DNA from: Lingula anatina
Lineage: Eukaryota > Animalia > Brachiopoda
DNA: 64,000 bases
Assembly: GCA_051362555.1 (NCBI GenBank)
Contig: CM120640.1
Location: forward strand, 21,514,001-21,578,000
Direction of reading: 5' to 3'
Shown here piece by piece: positions 53,601 through 64,000 of this stretch. Made by a program: the position numbers and the translations under genes. The notes below the pieces were generated by a model, which saw nothing but the letters and a program-made list of their open reading frames with translations, ran no database searches and was not told where the DNA came from. How positions within the stretch are numbered: the first letter of the stretch is position 1; each line of letters begins with the position of its first letter.

Positions 53601-55386
53601 ACTGTTGAATAAATCATCAACTTCTTTGCATTGATTAACTGCTTTATTCTCTATATTCAAAATAGGCTCTCTATTTATGACAGTATGTCTGTACCAGAGT
53701 TGTTGACATATAAAGCATGTGTAAGTACAACCTTCAGTAACCTTTTTGTGGAACTGTTGTATCAATTCTTGAAGAGTAGTATTGGTTTTCTGTCTCTTAT
53801 TACGCTTAGCAACTGTATCAGTCTTCCTTTCACATATTCTGAAATTGGGATCAGAACCTTTTTTGGTATTTCTCAGTAACGTTATAATCAGGATTAGATC
53901 TTTTCAACTGTTTGTGCTTTAGAATATTGTTCTTCACGTCAGACTGAGAACGTTTTAGTCTCTGATTTTCTTGTTCAGTTTTCCTGTACTGAGGATCAGA
54001 TCTTTTTAACCTTTTTTGGTTTTTCTCAGTAACTTTGTAACCAGGATCAGACCTTTTCAACTGCTTGTGCTTTAGAATATTTGCTTTCACATGGGACTGA
54101 GAACGTCTCTGGGCTTCTTGTTCGGTTTCCCTGTACTGAGGATCAGACCTTTTCAACTGCTTCTGCTTTAGAATAATACTCTTCACAGCTAACTGAGAAT
54201 GTTTTAGCCTCTGGTTTTCTTGTTCAGTTTTCCTGTACTGAGGATCAGATCTTTTTAACCTTTTTTGTTTTTTTCTGAGTAACTTTGTAATCAGGATGAG
54301 ACCTTTTCAACTGCTTGTGCTTTAGAATATTGGACTTTACATCAGACTGAGAACGCTTTAGTCTCTGAGATTCTTGTTCAGTTTTCCTGTATTTTAGATC
54401 AGATCTAAGAAGTTGCATTCTAATTTTATTCTTCTCTCTTTTCAAAACATTTCTGTCAGTGCCACTGGTTTCCATTAATGAACTATCCAAGAGAGTTTTA
54501 TTCACTGTGTTAATTTTGCTTTATTGTTTGTCTTCTGCCCATTTTAACTGCTTCTTCATTTCATCATGTAATATTTTCATATGGGGTTTGTGCAAATTTG
54601 TTTTATCAAAAATGGAAGAGATGGAATCAGAAGTAATGGGATTACCAGTGTATTTTGTCAATGTTGCTTTTCTGTACTGAAATGTACTGGCAACCTTGTC
54701 CATTAAACCGGTTTTTAAATTTATCTTAATCTTGTAGCAAGTTTTCTGACATGAACATTCTTTTCCAAAGGTTTAAGCGATGATGTTAATGTTACTATTT
54801 GAGGATCATTTTTTAGAATTTCAGAAGAAACTGATTGTTGTGATTTTTCTTTAATTTTTGGGGTACTGTTGAGAGCTTTGGGTTAACTGGCATTTTTGAC
54901 TTTACAAGTAAGGCTGACATATCTGATTATGTATGATCTGAATATTTCATAGACTTAATTGAAGGATCTGCAGCATCAGTGGCACTCAAACTGATGGGCA
55001 TTTCAGGATAATCTGTGTCAACTGTAGCATCTGTCTCAACTGTAGCATCTTAATGAGCTCCATAAACAGTATCATCTGAATCAATAGTAATCTCAGTAAA
55101 CTCTGTCAACTCAGTAAAATCTGTCAACTCAGTAAACTCTGTCAACTCAGTTCCCACCGAGGTGGGCGTGGCTACCGAAGTAGCCACAGACAACACAGTT
55201 CCCACAGAGGTGGGCATGGCTACCGAAGTAGCCACAAGCAACTCAGTTCCCACTGAGGTGGGTGTGGCTGCTGAAGCAGACACAGTAGGAGGCCTGTTTG
55301 CCTCAGCCACCCTCTGTTGACTTTCTTTGTTCTTTTTCTTCTGCAGTGCCCTTTTTGTAGCCAAACTGTTTTTTCAAGCTAGGCAT
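47693..55386 (-). mobile_element. Decayed Helentron/Helitron2 Rep-helicase polyprotein gene (many frameshifts and stops)
   Basis: Order N to C: Thr/Ser-rich repeats (55050-55364); K/R/Q-rich repeats RSDPQYRETEQENQRLKRSQSDVKNNILKHKQLK (53851-54420); CxxC motifs CFICQQLW and CLTCASHL; GNVVNIPADV..KLPR..VRP segment typical of Helitron N-termini; OTU-like IGDGNCFF (~52330-52355); FAPGQ..EELAFP; Rep motifs TFFCSFS, VEFQHRVSPHIHMLLW (HUH), YIVNYISK; PIF1 motifs GGAVVWKS (degenerate Walker A), APTGKAA, IDEVSM, GDLFQLKPV, QIMRQ, RKQFPL..TIHRCQG, YVALS; C-terminal endonuclease WNCCSL, TET, IYRPP, GDFN, DLVF, GDH; stop at 47695-47693. Confidence 0.9.
53851..54400 (-). repeat. Coding tandem repeats in the Helentron N-terminus
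   Basis: Recurrent ttcctgtactgaggatcaga / ttttcaactgcttgtgctttagaatatt / actgagaacg blocks encoding RSDPQYR, RSQSDVK and LKHKQLK. Confidence 0.85.
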
Positions 55387-55927
55387 CTAAAAAAGTATAA
55401 AAATACTATATTTATTGCCAAGAATATAACAAGCTGGTTAAAAGGAATAAAATATAATGGGAAATGAAAGAGTGGTAAACAGTTTCTTTTGAGTGCAACT
55501 GCATGATAAGAATCTTTCCACAAACTACCATGACTAAGAAGAAGTGCACTGTGAAACATTATTTATTAATGTGTTAATTCTGTAATTAAAGGTGCATGTA
55601 AACTGAGTATCAGTGGAGAGTGAATTCCCAGTAACCCATGTAAGCACTTCTACTAGTTACTTGTATAAGTGAAGGTTAAATCAACATGGCAAAGGTCAGA
55701 CCAAATTAATCATATATCAACCATAAAAGAGACTTAAAATGTACCTTCGTTGGTGGTAAATTTGGCCTACTTATGTGAGCTACTTATCAGTCCTTTTTAT
55801 ATATGGCTTAGAAAGCAGGCAAAAGAACCCATTTATGGGTAATATAAAATGTCTTTTGGCATTGCTTTAAGTAGTACTATCTGAAACTATATGGTTGCAT
55901 TCATTCGGTTTTTGGTAAAACATTTAA

Positions 55928-56245
55928 GGGATAATAACTATTTGTTTTGGACAAAACATGAACAATTCTCCTATACCTATCAATGGTTAATGAATTCACT
56001 TCTACATTCAAAGTTAGTCCCTGTTTTTTTTCCTTAAAAGTATGTTTTTTTGCAATAATCTATTAAGAGATTATTACAGAGTATAGCCATCTATGGAGGT
56101 CACATGTCCAATGACAAGCTCGGATATCAGAATAATAGCTATAACTGCCATTTTTGTGGTAAAACAGAATATATTATATTTCTATGAGTTGTTTACAATG
56201 TTTTTATTGTGAAATATATATTTCATACAAAGAGTTATTATCCCT
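55928..56245. mobile_element. TTAA-flanked MITE (Kolobok-like)
   Basis: TTAA|GGGATAATAACT ... AGTTATTATCCCT|TTAA, with homologous copies near 42812 and 27103. Confidence 0.8.
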
Positions 56246-57492
56246 TTAATCCAAATGCATCTTAACTTATCACTATTCTAAATGAATGAAGTATATCTAT
56301 TGCCAAGTTGATGAGGTTGAAAGCCTCAAGTAGTGCTTTGTAACTGAAACTGTGAGCTGAAATTAAGCATCACTAAAACTCAACATAAAATATTTATGTT
56401 TTCTTGCCAAATGAAATTTTCATGGGGAAAAGAGTATCTTTCTCATATTACAAGTGATTGGTAAACCTGTACCCTGCACATGGATTCAATGTTTTATTCC
56501 ATTTTAAAAGAATAAGAACAATTTAATAGTGAATGCTGTGAAAACCATAAAATTTTGCTGTACTCTTCTTCCTGCCTTTACAGAAAGTACAACTGGAATG
56601 ATCTGGACTTACCAACTTATATTGGGCCTGGTAACAAGTTTGATTAAGACACATTTATTTGTCTTAATATGTCAAAGCTCAGTTGTTAGACTGGGATGTA
56701 AATTATGACAAGATACACTCAGAAAAACTATTATCTAAGGGTTGTATCATTATTAAAAATTTTGGGAAAATTTGCAGGAGAAAATAGTACTTTTGGGACA
56801 TGTTCAAACTTGCTCAGCCTAGCTTTAAACTCTTTACTGTTTTTACTCTTTATACAATATGTATTGATATTCTTTAATCAAGATGTCAGAAAACAAGTGA
56901 AATTAGGAAGCCATGGCTACTGAAAATAAGTGCAATGATAACATTTCTTCTCTTTATATACAGAATATCTGTACCAGGTTGACTTTTTTGTAAACAAAAT
57001 ACCTATGATATCTTAAATTACCTTAGATTAAATTAATCTAATTACTACTAGCTTCCAAACAGATTCATTACAGAACAAAGCAAAAAATAAAGGAACTTGG
57101 TACCTTTGATAACTGTTAGTATTACTTTAGATTCCTCTAATTAACCTGTAAAATAATAGAAAAAGAATCTCTTGCCTCATAGCTCTTACAAACTGAATGG
57201 GAATCAGCTACATATACTAACGAGCATGAGATAACTGAGTACTTGATTAAAACATATTTTTAGTACTTTTGTAACTCCGTAACTGAACATGCATTTGTGT
57301 ATGTGGATATGTGGGCAAATTTGAATCCAACACCTAAGTTCATAGAACAAATGAAAAGCACATTTACACTTTTGGCAGATCTACATGTATACACAACTTA
57401 TTTCTAATCAGTCAGTAACAGAAAAGAATCATTTCAATATTAATGACTCAGGAAATACTCAGGAGTCAATTGTAATAGAAATTTAACACAAA

Positions 57493-57495
<3 letters not shown>

Positions 57496-57529
<34 letters not shown>
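57496..57529. repeat. (TG)17 microsatellite
   Basis: Pure TG run, read directly. Confidence 0.95.
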
Positions 57530-57530
<1 letters not shown>

Positions 57531-58962
57531 TGCTTCAAGTGTGGGTGACAATGAACATGGCATTTTTATCCATGTCAAGGTTTAATCAAGGGTAAAGTTT
57601 CCCTGTTGAAAAAAAATGCCAAATTACCTCACTGGAGTTATACAGAATGAATAACACTTTTCAACCACTTGTTTGTTGTACACCACATACCAAAAACTAC
57701 TTTCACAGGTTATTTAAATGAACATCCATCCATCCATCCATTAATAAATATTTAAATTGTTCATCCCCTGATGATGAGCCTAGTCATTATAATACATTTT
57801 CAAAGGGAATATTCTCAAGTTAGGTCAACCTGTAGCTTGGTGGGACGGACTGTCTGCTTGAAAGCAATTAAGCTTAATCCCTTTATTAACCAATCATACC
57901 TACTTATACGGGGGGGAGAGGGAAATGAACTGACCTCTTCTAAAAGTTGCTGAAGTGTGGTGTTGATGGTTACCTTTAATAATCACACTGTCAAGTCAAT
58001 GTGCACTAAATCAAAAGCACAGCAAAGTTATAAAAATGCTACTACCCTGTACTAGAAACTCATCCTGTCTCCATAGGGGTAAAACAAAAGATTCTCTTAC
58101 CCCAAAAGCTGATGATCTGGATGACAAGTTAAATCAGCCAAACAATGATCCCCTATTTCTGCAGCAAGCATCTATCAATTGCATATTTTTACACAGGTGA
58201 ACTAGTTATTATCTACAATTAATTCTGCTAAAAGTCTACATTTAAGTCTGAATATACTATGGGCTCACTGTAAAAACCTAAAAAAGCTGTAAACCTAAGA
58301 AAGATTGTTTGAAATAATCATTCTGCACAGTTAGCCACCCTCCTACTCTGCAAATGCTACACAGGTGCAGAACATGTTTGAATTGTTAAAGAAAATGTGT
58401 ACCTTTTAATTTTTCTTACACAGACATGTATAAGTAATAAATCTTAAGAAAGTATATCCATGAGAACTAAGAGAACCTATTTTAAACTGCATCAGTATTT
58501 ATTAATTAACCCTTTAACTCTAATATCAGTAAAAGAAAATTTATTGATTCAAAAATAAATTGCATAGTACACTTCAACTGTGATACATGGTCATTTAAAA
58601 CTTAAGAGAAGGTCATTGATTAAAAACTCACACAAGCAGTTCAAGCGAGTTTCATTCTACAGCATCAAACACAGCTACATTGTATGCTTTGTGAGTTCTA
58701 ATGTATCTTGAACTACAAATAAAAGCTCCCTATCCACTAAGTCAATTACATAATTATCAAACATAGCAAAAATATGTATCATTTAATATATTTTTACACT
58801 TATTTTGAAGGGGAATAAAAAGTGGATGTGTGTACTACTGTATTGTATTTATGAAAAAGCCTAGATGATTACAGAAATATTCCAGCAACTATTTTAATAC
58901 ATTTAAAAATGTAAACAATCACTCATGGATTAAAACAGTGAAAAACTTATCTTGAGACTTAC

Positions 58963-61291
58963 TTTTTATGTACAGACACAGATGTGTCTGTACATATTGC
59001 CATCACCTGCGTCTGTCGTCGCCGATGCCGATGCCGATGCCGATGCCGATGCCGATGCCGTCGCCGGCGCCGTGCACTTTCCTTGTAAACACGATAAGTG
59101 GAGGGCAGTTTTACTTTTTGGCTTAATATTTACAGAGCTGATGAATATTCATAAAACGCAGGTCAAGTTCGAAAATCAGCATGATCGGGCCATTTTAAGG
59201 GAAGTTATGCTGTTTTTTCACTTTTTTCAGCATATATGCAACCCTGTAAACACAATATAAGAAAAACAGATAGGCCAATTGTCATTAAACTCATAGGAGT
59301 GGTCAATCTTATTAAAATGCAGGTTGAGTTTGAAAATCAGCATAATCGGGGCATTATTTTAGAAGTTATGCTGTTTTTTCACATTTCCTCAGATTCAAAT
59401 CTTAGGCATGTTAACAGTCTCATTATTTAACTAATAAGATACGTAAAAGTGTTTGTTTGACATTTCCTGCATCTTTACAACATTGTTAGTTGATTATGTA
59501 AAAATGATGGTAAACTTGTTATCGTGTATTGTGTAATAAAGTGTCAAAAATGGAAATAAACTCATATCATTGCAGTTTGTCAGATTTAATCATTCACTAT
59601 GTTCAGAATCTCAGAATGGAGGAAAAAAGACATTTAACACTATTCTATTGATATTTTTCCCATCTCATCAATTTTCTTAGTTGATCATATAAAGATGGCA
59701 GTAAACTGTTTATTTTGTTTTATGTTAAAAAAAGTGTTAAAAATGGAAATAAACCCGTGTCAGAACAGTGCTGTCTTGTTTCACATTTCCTCAGATTCAA
59801 TTCTTAGGCATGTTAACAGTCTCATTATTTAACTAATAAGACATGTTTAAGTGTTTGGTTGACATTTCCTGTATCTTTACAACATTATTAGTTGATTATG
59901 TAAAACTGATGGTAAACTTGTTATCATGTATTGTGTAATAAAGTTTCAAAAATGGAAATAAACTCATATCATTGCAGTTTGTCAGATGCAATCATTCACT
60001 ATGTTTAGGATCTCAGAATGGAGGAAATTGGACATTTAACACTGTTGTATTTATATTTTTCCCATCTCATCAATTTTCTTAGTTGATCATATAAAGATGG
60101 CAGTAACCTGTTAATTTTGTTTTATGTTAAAAAAATTGTTAAAAATGGAAAAAAAAACATTTCAGAACAATGCTGTCTTGTTTACATTTTGGCATTTTCA
60201 AGTTCCATGGGCCTGAAGACCTTTGCTAGTCACATTTTCTGAATATCCATGATACTAATATTTTATTATTAAAATTGATGGTCATTATGCTGTTAAACAT
60301 TATGTAATATTGCATCGAAATTTGAAAAAAACCTATTTTGGGCACTGCTCCCATGATGACCATTTAAGAAAAACAATGTCACTTACTGTTCTCAAACAGT
60401 ACAGTAAATATGTACAGATGTGTCTGTACATATTGCCATCACCTGTATGTGCCGTCGTCGCCGTCACTGTCGCCGGCGCTGGCGCCGTGCACTTTCATTG
60501 TAAACATGATAAGTGGAAGGCAGTTTTACTTTTTGGCTGTATATTTACAGAGCTGATGAATATTCATAAAACGCAGGTCAAGTTCGAAAATCAGCATGAT
60601 CGGGCCATTTTAAGGGAAGTTATGCTGTTTTTTTAACTTTTCAGCATATATGCAACACTGAAAACACATTTCAAGGAAAACTGATAGGCCTGTTGTCATG
60701 AAACTCACAGGAGTAATCGATCTTATTATAACGCAGGTCAGGTTCGAAAATTGGCATGATCGGGCCACTGTTTTAGTAATTATGCTTTTTTCTTCACTTT
60801 TCAGCATATATGCAACACAGTAAATACAATATAAGAAAAACAGATACGCCAATTGTCATGAAACTCACAGGAGTGGTCATTCCTGCTAAAACGCAGGTTG
60901 AGTTCAAAAATCAGCTTAATCGGGCCATTATTTTAAAGAAATGCCGTTTTTTCACATTTCCTCATATTCATTTCTTAGGCATGTTAACAGTTTCATTATT
61001 TAATTAATAAGATACGTAAAAGTGATAGTTTGGCATTTCCTGCATCTTTACAACATTATTAGTTGATTATGTAAAAATGATGGTAAACTTGTTATCGTGT
61101 ATTGTGTAATAAAGTTTCAAAAATGGAAATAAACTCATATCATTGCAGTTTGTCAGATTCAATCATTAAAATTTGATGTTTAATTTGCAGTTTAACATAA
61201 TGTACTTTTGCATCAGAATTGACAGTAGCCTATTTTGTGCATAGTTACTTCCTGTTTTTTGTCTGTACATTTGACAGCTTTGCTGCCTTGT
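58963..61291 (+). mobile_element. Non-autonomous Helentron-associated element (HINE/DINE-1-like) with internal duplications
   Basis: 5' TTTT followed by a perfect 13-bp hairpin TATGTACAGACAC-agat-GTGTCTGTACATA, then (GCCGAT)n, core repeats, and ~400-bp modules at 59380, 59782 and 60953 (last partial). Second head at ~60408. 3' subTIR GTCTGTACAT plus stem-loop GACAGC-TTT-GCTGCC, then TTGT. Confidence 0.8.
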
Positions 61292-61899
61292 CTAACACTT
61301 GGAGACACCTACCTGTACCAGTGGGCATCGACTTTTAAGATTTCAGGAAAATTTACAACAGTATTATATAATACAGACCTGCTGTTTCAAGATAAACTAC
61401 CAATATTTTACCTATGATAAAGCATCATTTGTAAACATAACCTTTTCTTTGTACTTATTGCTAGTAGCTATCTAAATAAAATGCACATTTCTGGTACTTA
61501 GATGATCCTGAGACTTAAATGACAATGATCTAAAACAATACTTACATTCTATTGGCACACTGATTATGCTGACTAACTTCAACTGTGTGGCTTCTTAACT
61601 TCAAATGTGATCTGGAAGAAACAGAGGAAGAATATGATATATACCCAATGAATAAGGAAAGATTACTCAATCCAGCACTGATGTTTTTATGTCAAAAACA
61701 CTCCTTTATTTTTTATCAGCAACATTATTGAGAAGAAACTAAGGTAACTCTATAATTTTATAATAATATTACCAGTAACATCACCAATTACTGTGATACA
61801 GAACAAAAATTGACCTCCCTTGGAGCAGAGTACACTAAACAATACTGCTTTTTATATCACAAGCTGTTCGACACCATGAAACAGTTATGCTACAGACAG

Positions 61900-62216
61900 T
61901 CAGATAAGAAACGGAAGCAACCTTGATAAAGACATCAATGCACAAAGTAGAAATCTCTTAGAATTGTGTGCTAGCAATAATCTGAGGATAGTAAATGGAA
62001 GAATAATAGGTGATTCCTTGGAATACTTCACAGGTTTTAACAATCACGGTTGCCTATACGCAATTGTAAGTGACAGGATGCTCAGAAAGTTTAGTTTCTT
62101 CACAGTTCATCCCATAGATTACCTGTCAGATCACTGCTTGCTAGATCTTGCAATTAAATGTTTGGGTTATCAAGAGAAAGATAATGCTAAAATAGTGAAA
62201 AACCTTAATGATAGGT
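61900..62216 (+). pseudogene. Fragment of a LINE retrotransposon AP-endonuclease domain
   Basis: DKDINAQSRNLLELCASNNLRIVNGRIIGDSLEYFT...YAIVS...VHPIDYLSDHCLL is typical of the C-terminal half of non-LTR APE domains. Cut off by array 2. Confidence 0.7.
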
Positions 62217-62218
62217 CT

Positions 62219-64000
62219 GGTTAGTAAATTTCATTTTTTAGGGTGGTGGGATGGGTAAATTGAAAAAATCTAATCTGGTTTTTCATTTCTTTTTACAGGA
62301 AAAAGAAGATGATGAGCGACCCCACCCGGACATGGACTTCACTGTTGGATTCAAGCAAAGGTTAGTAAATTTCATTTTTTTTTTTGGGTGGTGGGATGGG
62401 TAAATTGAAAATAAATCTAATCTCATTTTTCATTTCTTTTTACAGGACAAAGAAGATGATGAGCGACCCCAGCCGGACATGGACTTCAATCTTGGATCCA
62501 AGCTAAGGTGAGTAAATTTCATTTTTTTAGGGTGGTAGGATGGGTAAATTGAAACGAAATCTAATCTCGTTTTACATTTCTTTTTACAGGACCAAGTAGA
62601 TGATGAGTGACCCCAGCTGGACATGGACTTCACTCTTGGATCCAAGCAAAGGTTAGTAAATTTCATTTTATGGTGTGGTGGGATGGGTAAATTGACAAAA
62701 TCTAATCTTGTTTTTCATTTCTTTTTACAGGACAAAGAAGATGATGAGCGACCCCAGCCGGACATGGACTTCACTCTTGGAACCAAGCTAAGGTTAGTAA
62801 ATTTCATTTTTTTTAGTGTGGTAGGATGGGTAAATTGAAGCAATCTAATCTGGTTTTTCATTTCTTTTTACAGGACCAAAAAGATGATGAGTGACCCCAG
62901 CTGGACATGGACTTCACTCTTGGATCCAAGCAAAGGTTAGTAAATTTCATTTTTTTGGGGTGGTGGGATGGGTAAATTGACAAAATCTAATCTCGTTTTT
63001 CATTTCTTTTTACAGGACCAAGAAGATGATGAGTGACCCCAGCTGGACATGGACTTCACTCTTGGATCCAAGCAAAGGTTAGTAAATTTCATTTTTTTAG
63101 GGTGGTGGGATGGGTAAATTGAAAAAATCTTATCCGGTTTTTCATTTCTTTTTACAGGACAAAGTAGATGATGAGCGACCCCACCCAGACATGGACTTCA
63201 CTCTTGGATCCAAGCTAAGGTTAGTAAATTTCATTTTTTTGGGATAGTGGGAAGGGTAAATTGAAAAAATCTAATCTCGTTTTTCATTTCTTTTTACAGG
63301 ACAAAGAAGATGAGCGACCCCTACTAGACATGGACTTCACTCTTGGATCTAAGGTAAGAAGGTAAGAAAATTTCATTTTTTTGTGGTGGTGGAATGGGTA
63401 AATTGAAAAAATCTAATCTGGTTTTTCATTTGTTTTTACAGGACAAAGAAGATGATGAGCGACCCCACCCGGACATGGACTTCACTCTTGGATTCAAGCA
63501 AAGGTTAGTAAATTTCATTATTTTTTGGGTGGTGGGATGGGTAAATTGAAAATAAATCAAATCTCATTTTTTATTTCTTTTTACAGGACAAAGAAGATGA
63601 TGAGCGACCCCAGCCGGACATGGACTTCACTCTTGGATCTAAGCTAAGGTTAGTAAATTTCATTTTTTAGGGTGGTGGGATGGGTAAATTGAAAAGATCT
63701 AATCTCGTTTTTCATTTCTTTTTACAGGACAAAGAAGATGATGAGCGAACCCCACCCGGACATGGACTTCACTGTTGGATTCAAGCAAAGGTTAGTAAAT
63801 TTCAATTTTTTGGGGGGTGGAGGGATGGGTAAATTGAAAATATATCTAATCTCATTTTTCATTTCTTTTTACAGGACAAAGAAGATGATGAGCGACCCCA
63901 GCCGGACATGGACTTCAATCTTGGATCCAAGCTAAGGTTAGTAAATTTCATTTTTTTAGGGTGGTGGGATGGGTAAATTGAAAAAATCTAATCTAATTTT
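62219..64000 (+). repeat. Tandem array 2: at least 12 units of the same ~142-bp repeat, running off the window
   Basis: Exon-like cores at 62299, 62446, 62590, 62731, 62874, 63016, 63158, 63300, 63442, 63587, 63728, 63875. Same consensus and orientation as array 1. Confidence 0.95.

Noticed and set aside
58952-61007. ORFs with ADADAD and QVKFENQHDR motifs (also 41149-41573)
   Set aside because: They are translations of the HINE microsatellite and core repeats.
44702-64000. The 142-bp arrays as a CRISPR-like repeat-spacer locus
   Set aside because: The sequences between the conserved cores are themselves near-identical, so there are no unique spacers. No cas-like ORFs are present and the context is an animal genome.

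Overview
This is AT-rich genomic DNA from an invertebrate animal with spliceosomal introns. Lophotrochozoan or another marine bilaterian is my guess, and the sequence does not prove it. Three host genes can be rebuilt by hand. (1) An intronless type-I membrane protein with CUB-like and LDLa domains (10755-12746, minus strand). (2) A six-exon secreted protein of about 684 aa (15434-20356, minus strand). It joins a bacterial-type M4 (pseudolysin/vibriolysin-like) prepro-metalloprotease, encoded in one 1557-nt exon, to a four-exon animal C-type lectin domain. (3) A complete 23-exon dihydropyrimidine dehydrogenase (DPYD) of about 1030 aa (23489-36590, plus strand) with unusual changes around the active site. 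The right 27 kb is a nest of rolling-circle elements. It holds a decayed Helentron/Helitron2 (repeat-rich N-terminus, OTU protease, HUH Rep, PIF1 helicase, AP-type endonuclease), nested non-autonomous HINE-like elements sharing one set of termini, and two arrays of a ~142-bp repeat in which nearly every unit reads as a branch point-acceptor-62-nt exon-donor cassette. Several MITEs and a LINE endonuclease fragment are also present. All gene models and family assignments come from manual reading and recalled family motifs; no searches were run.
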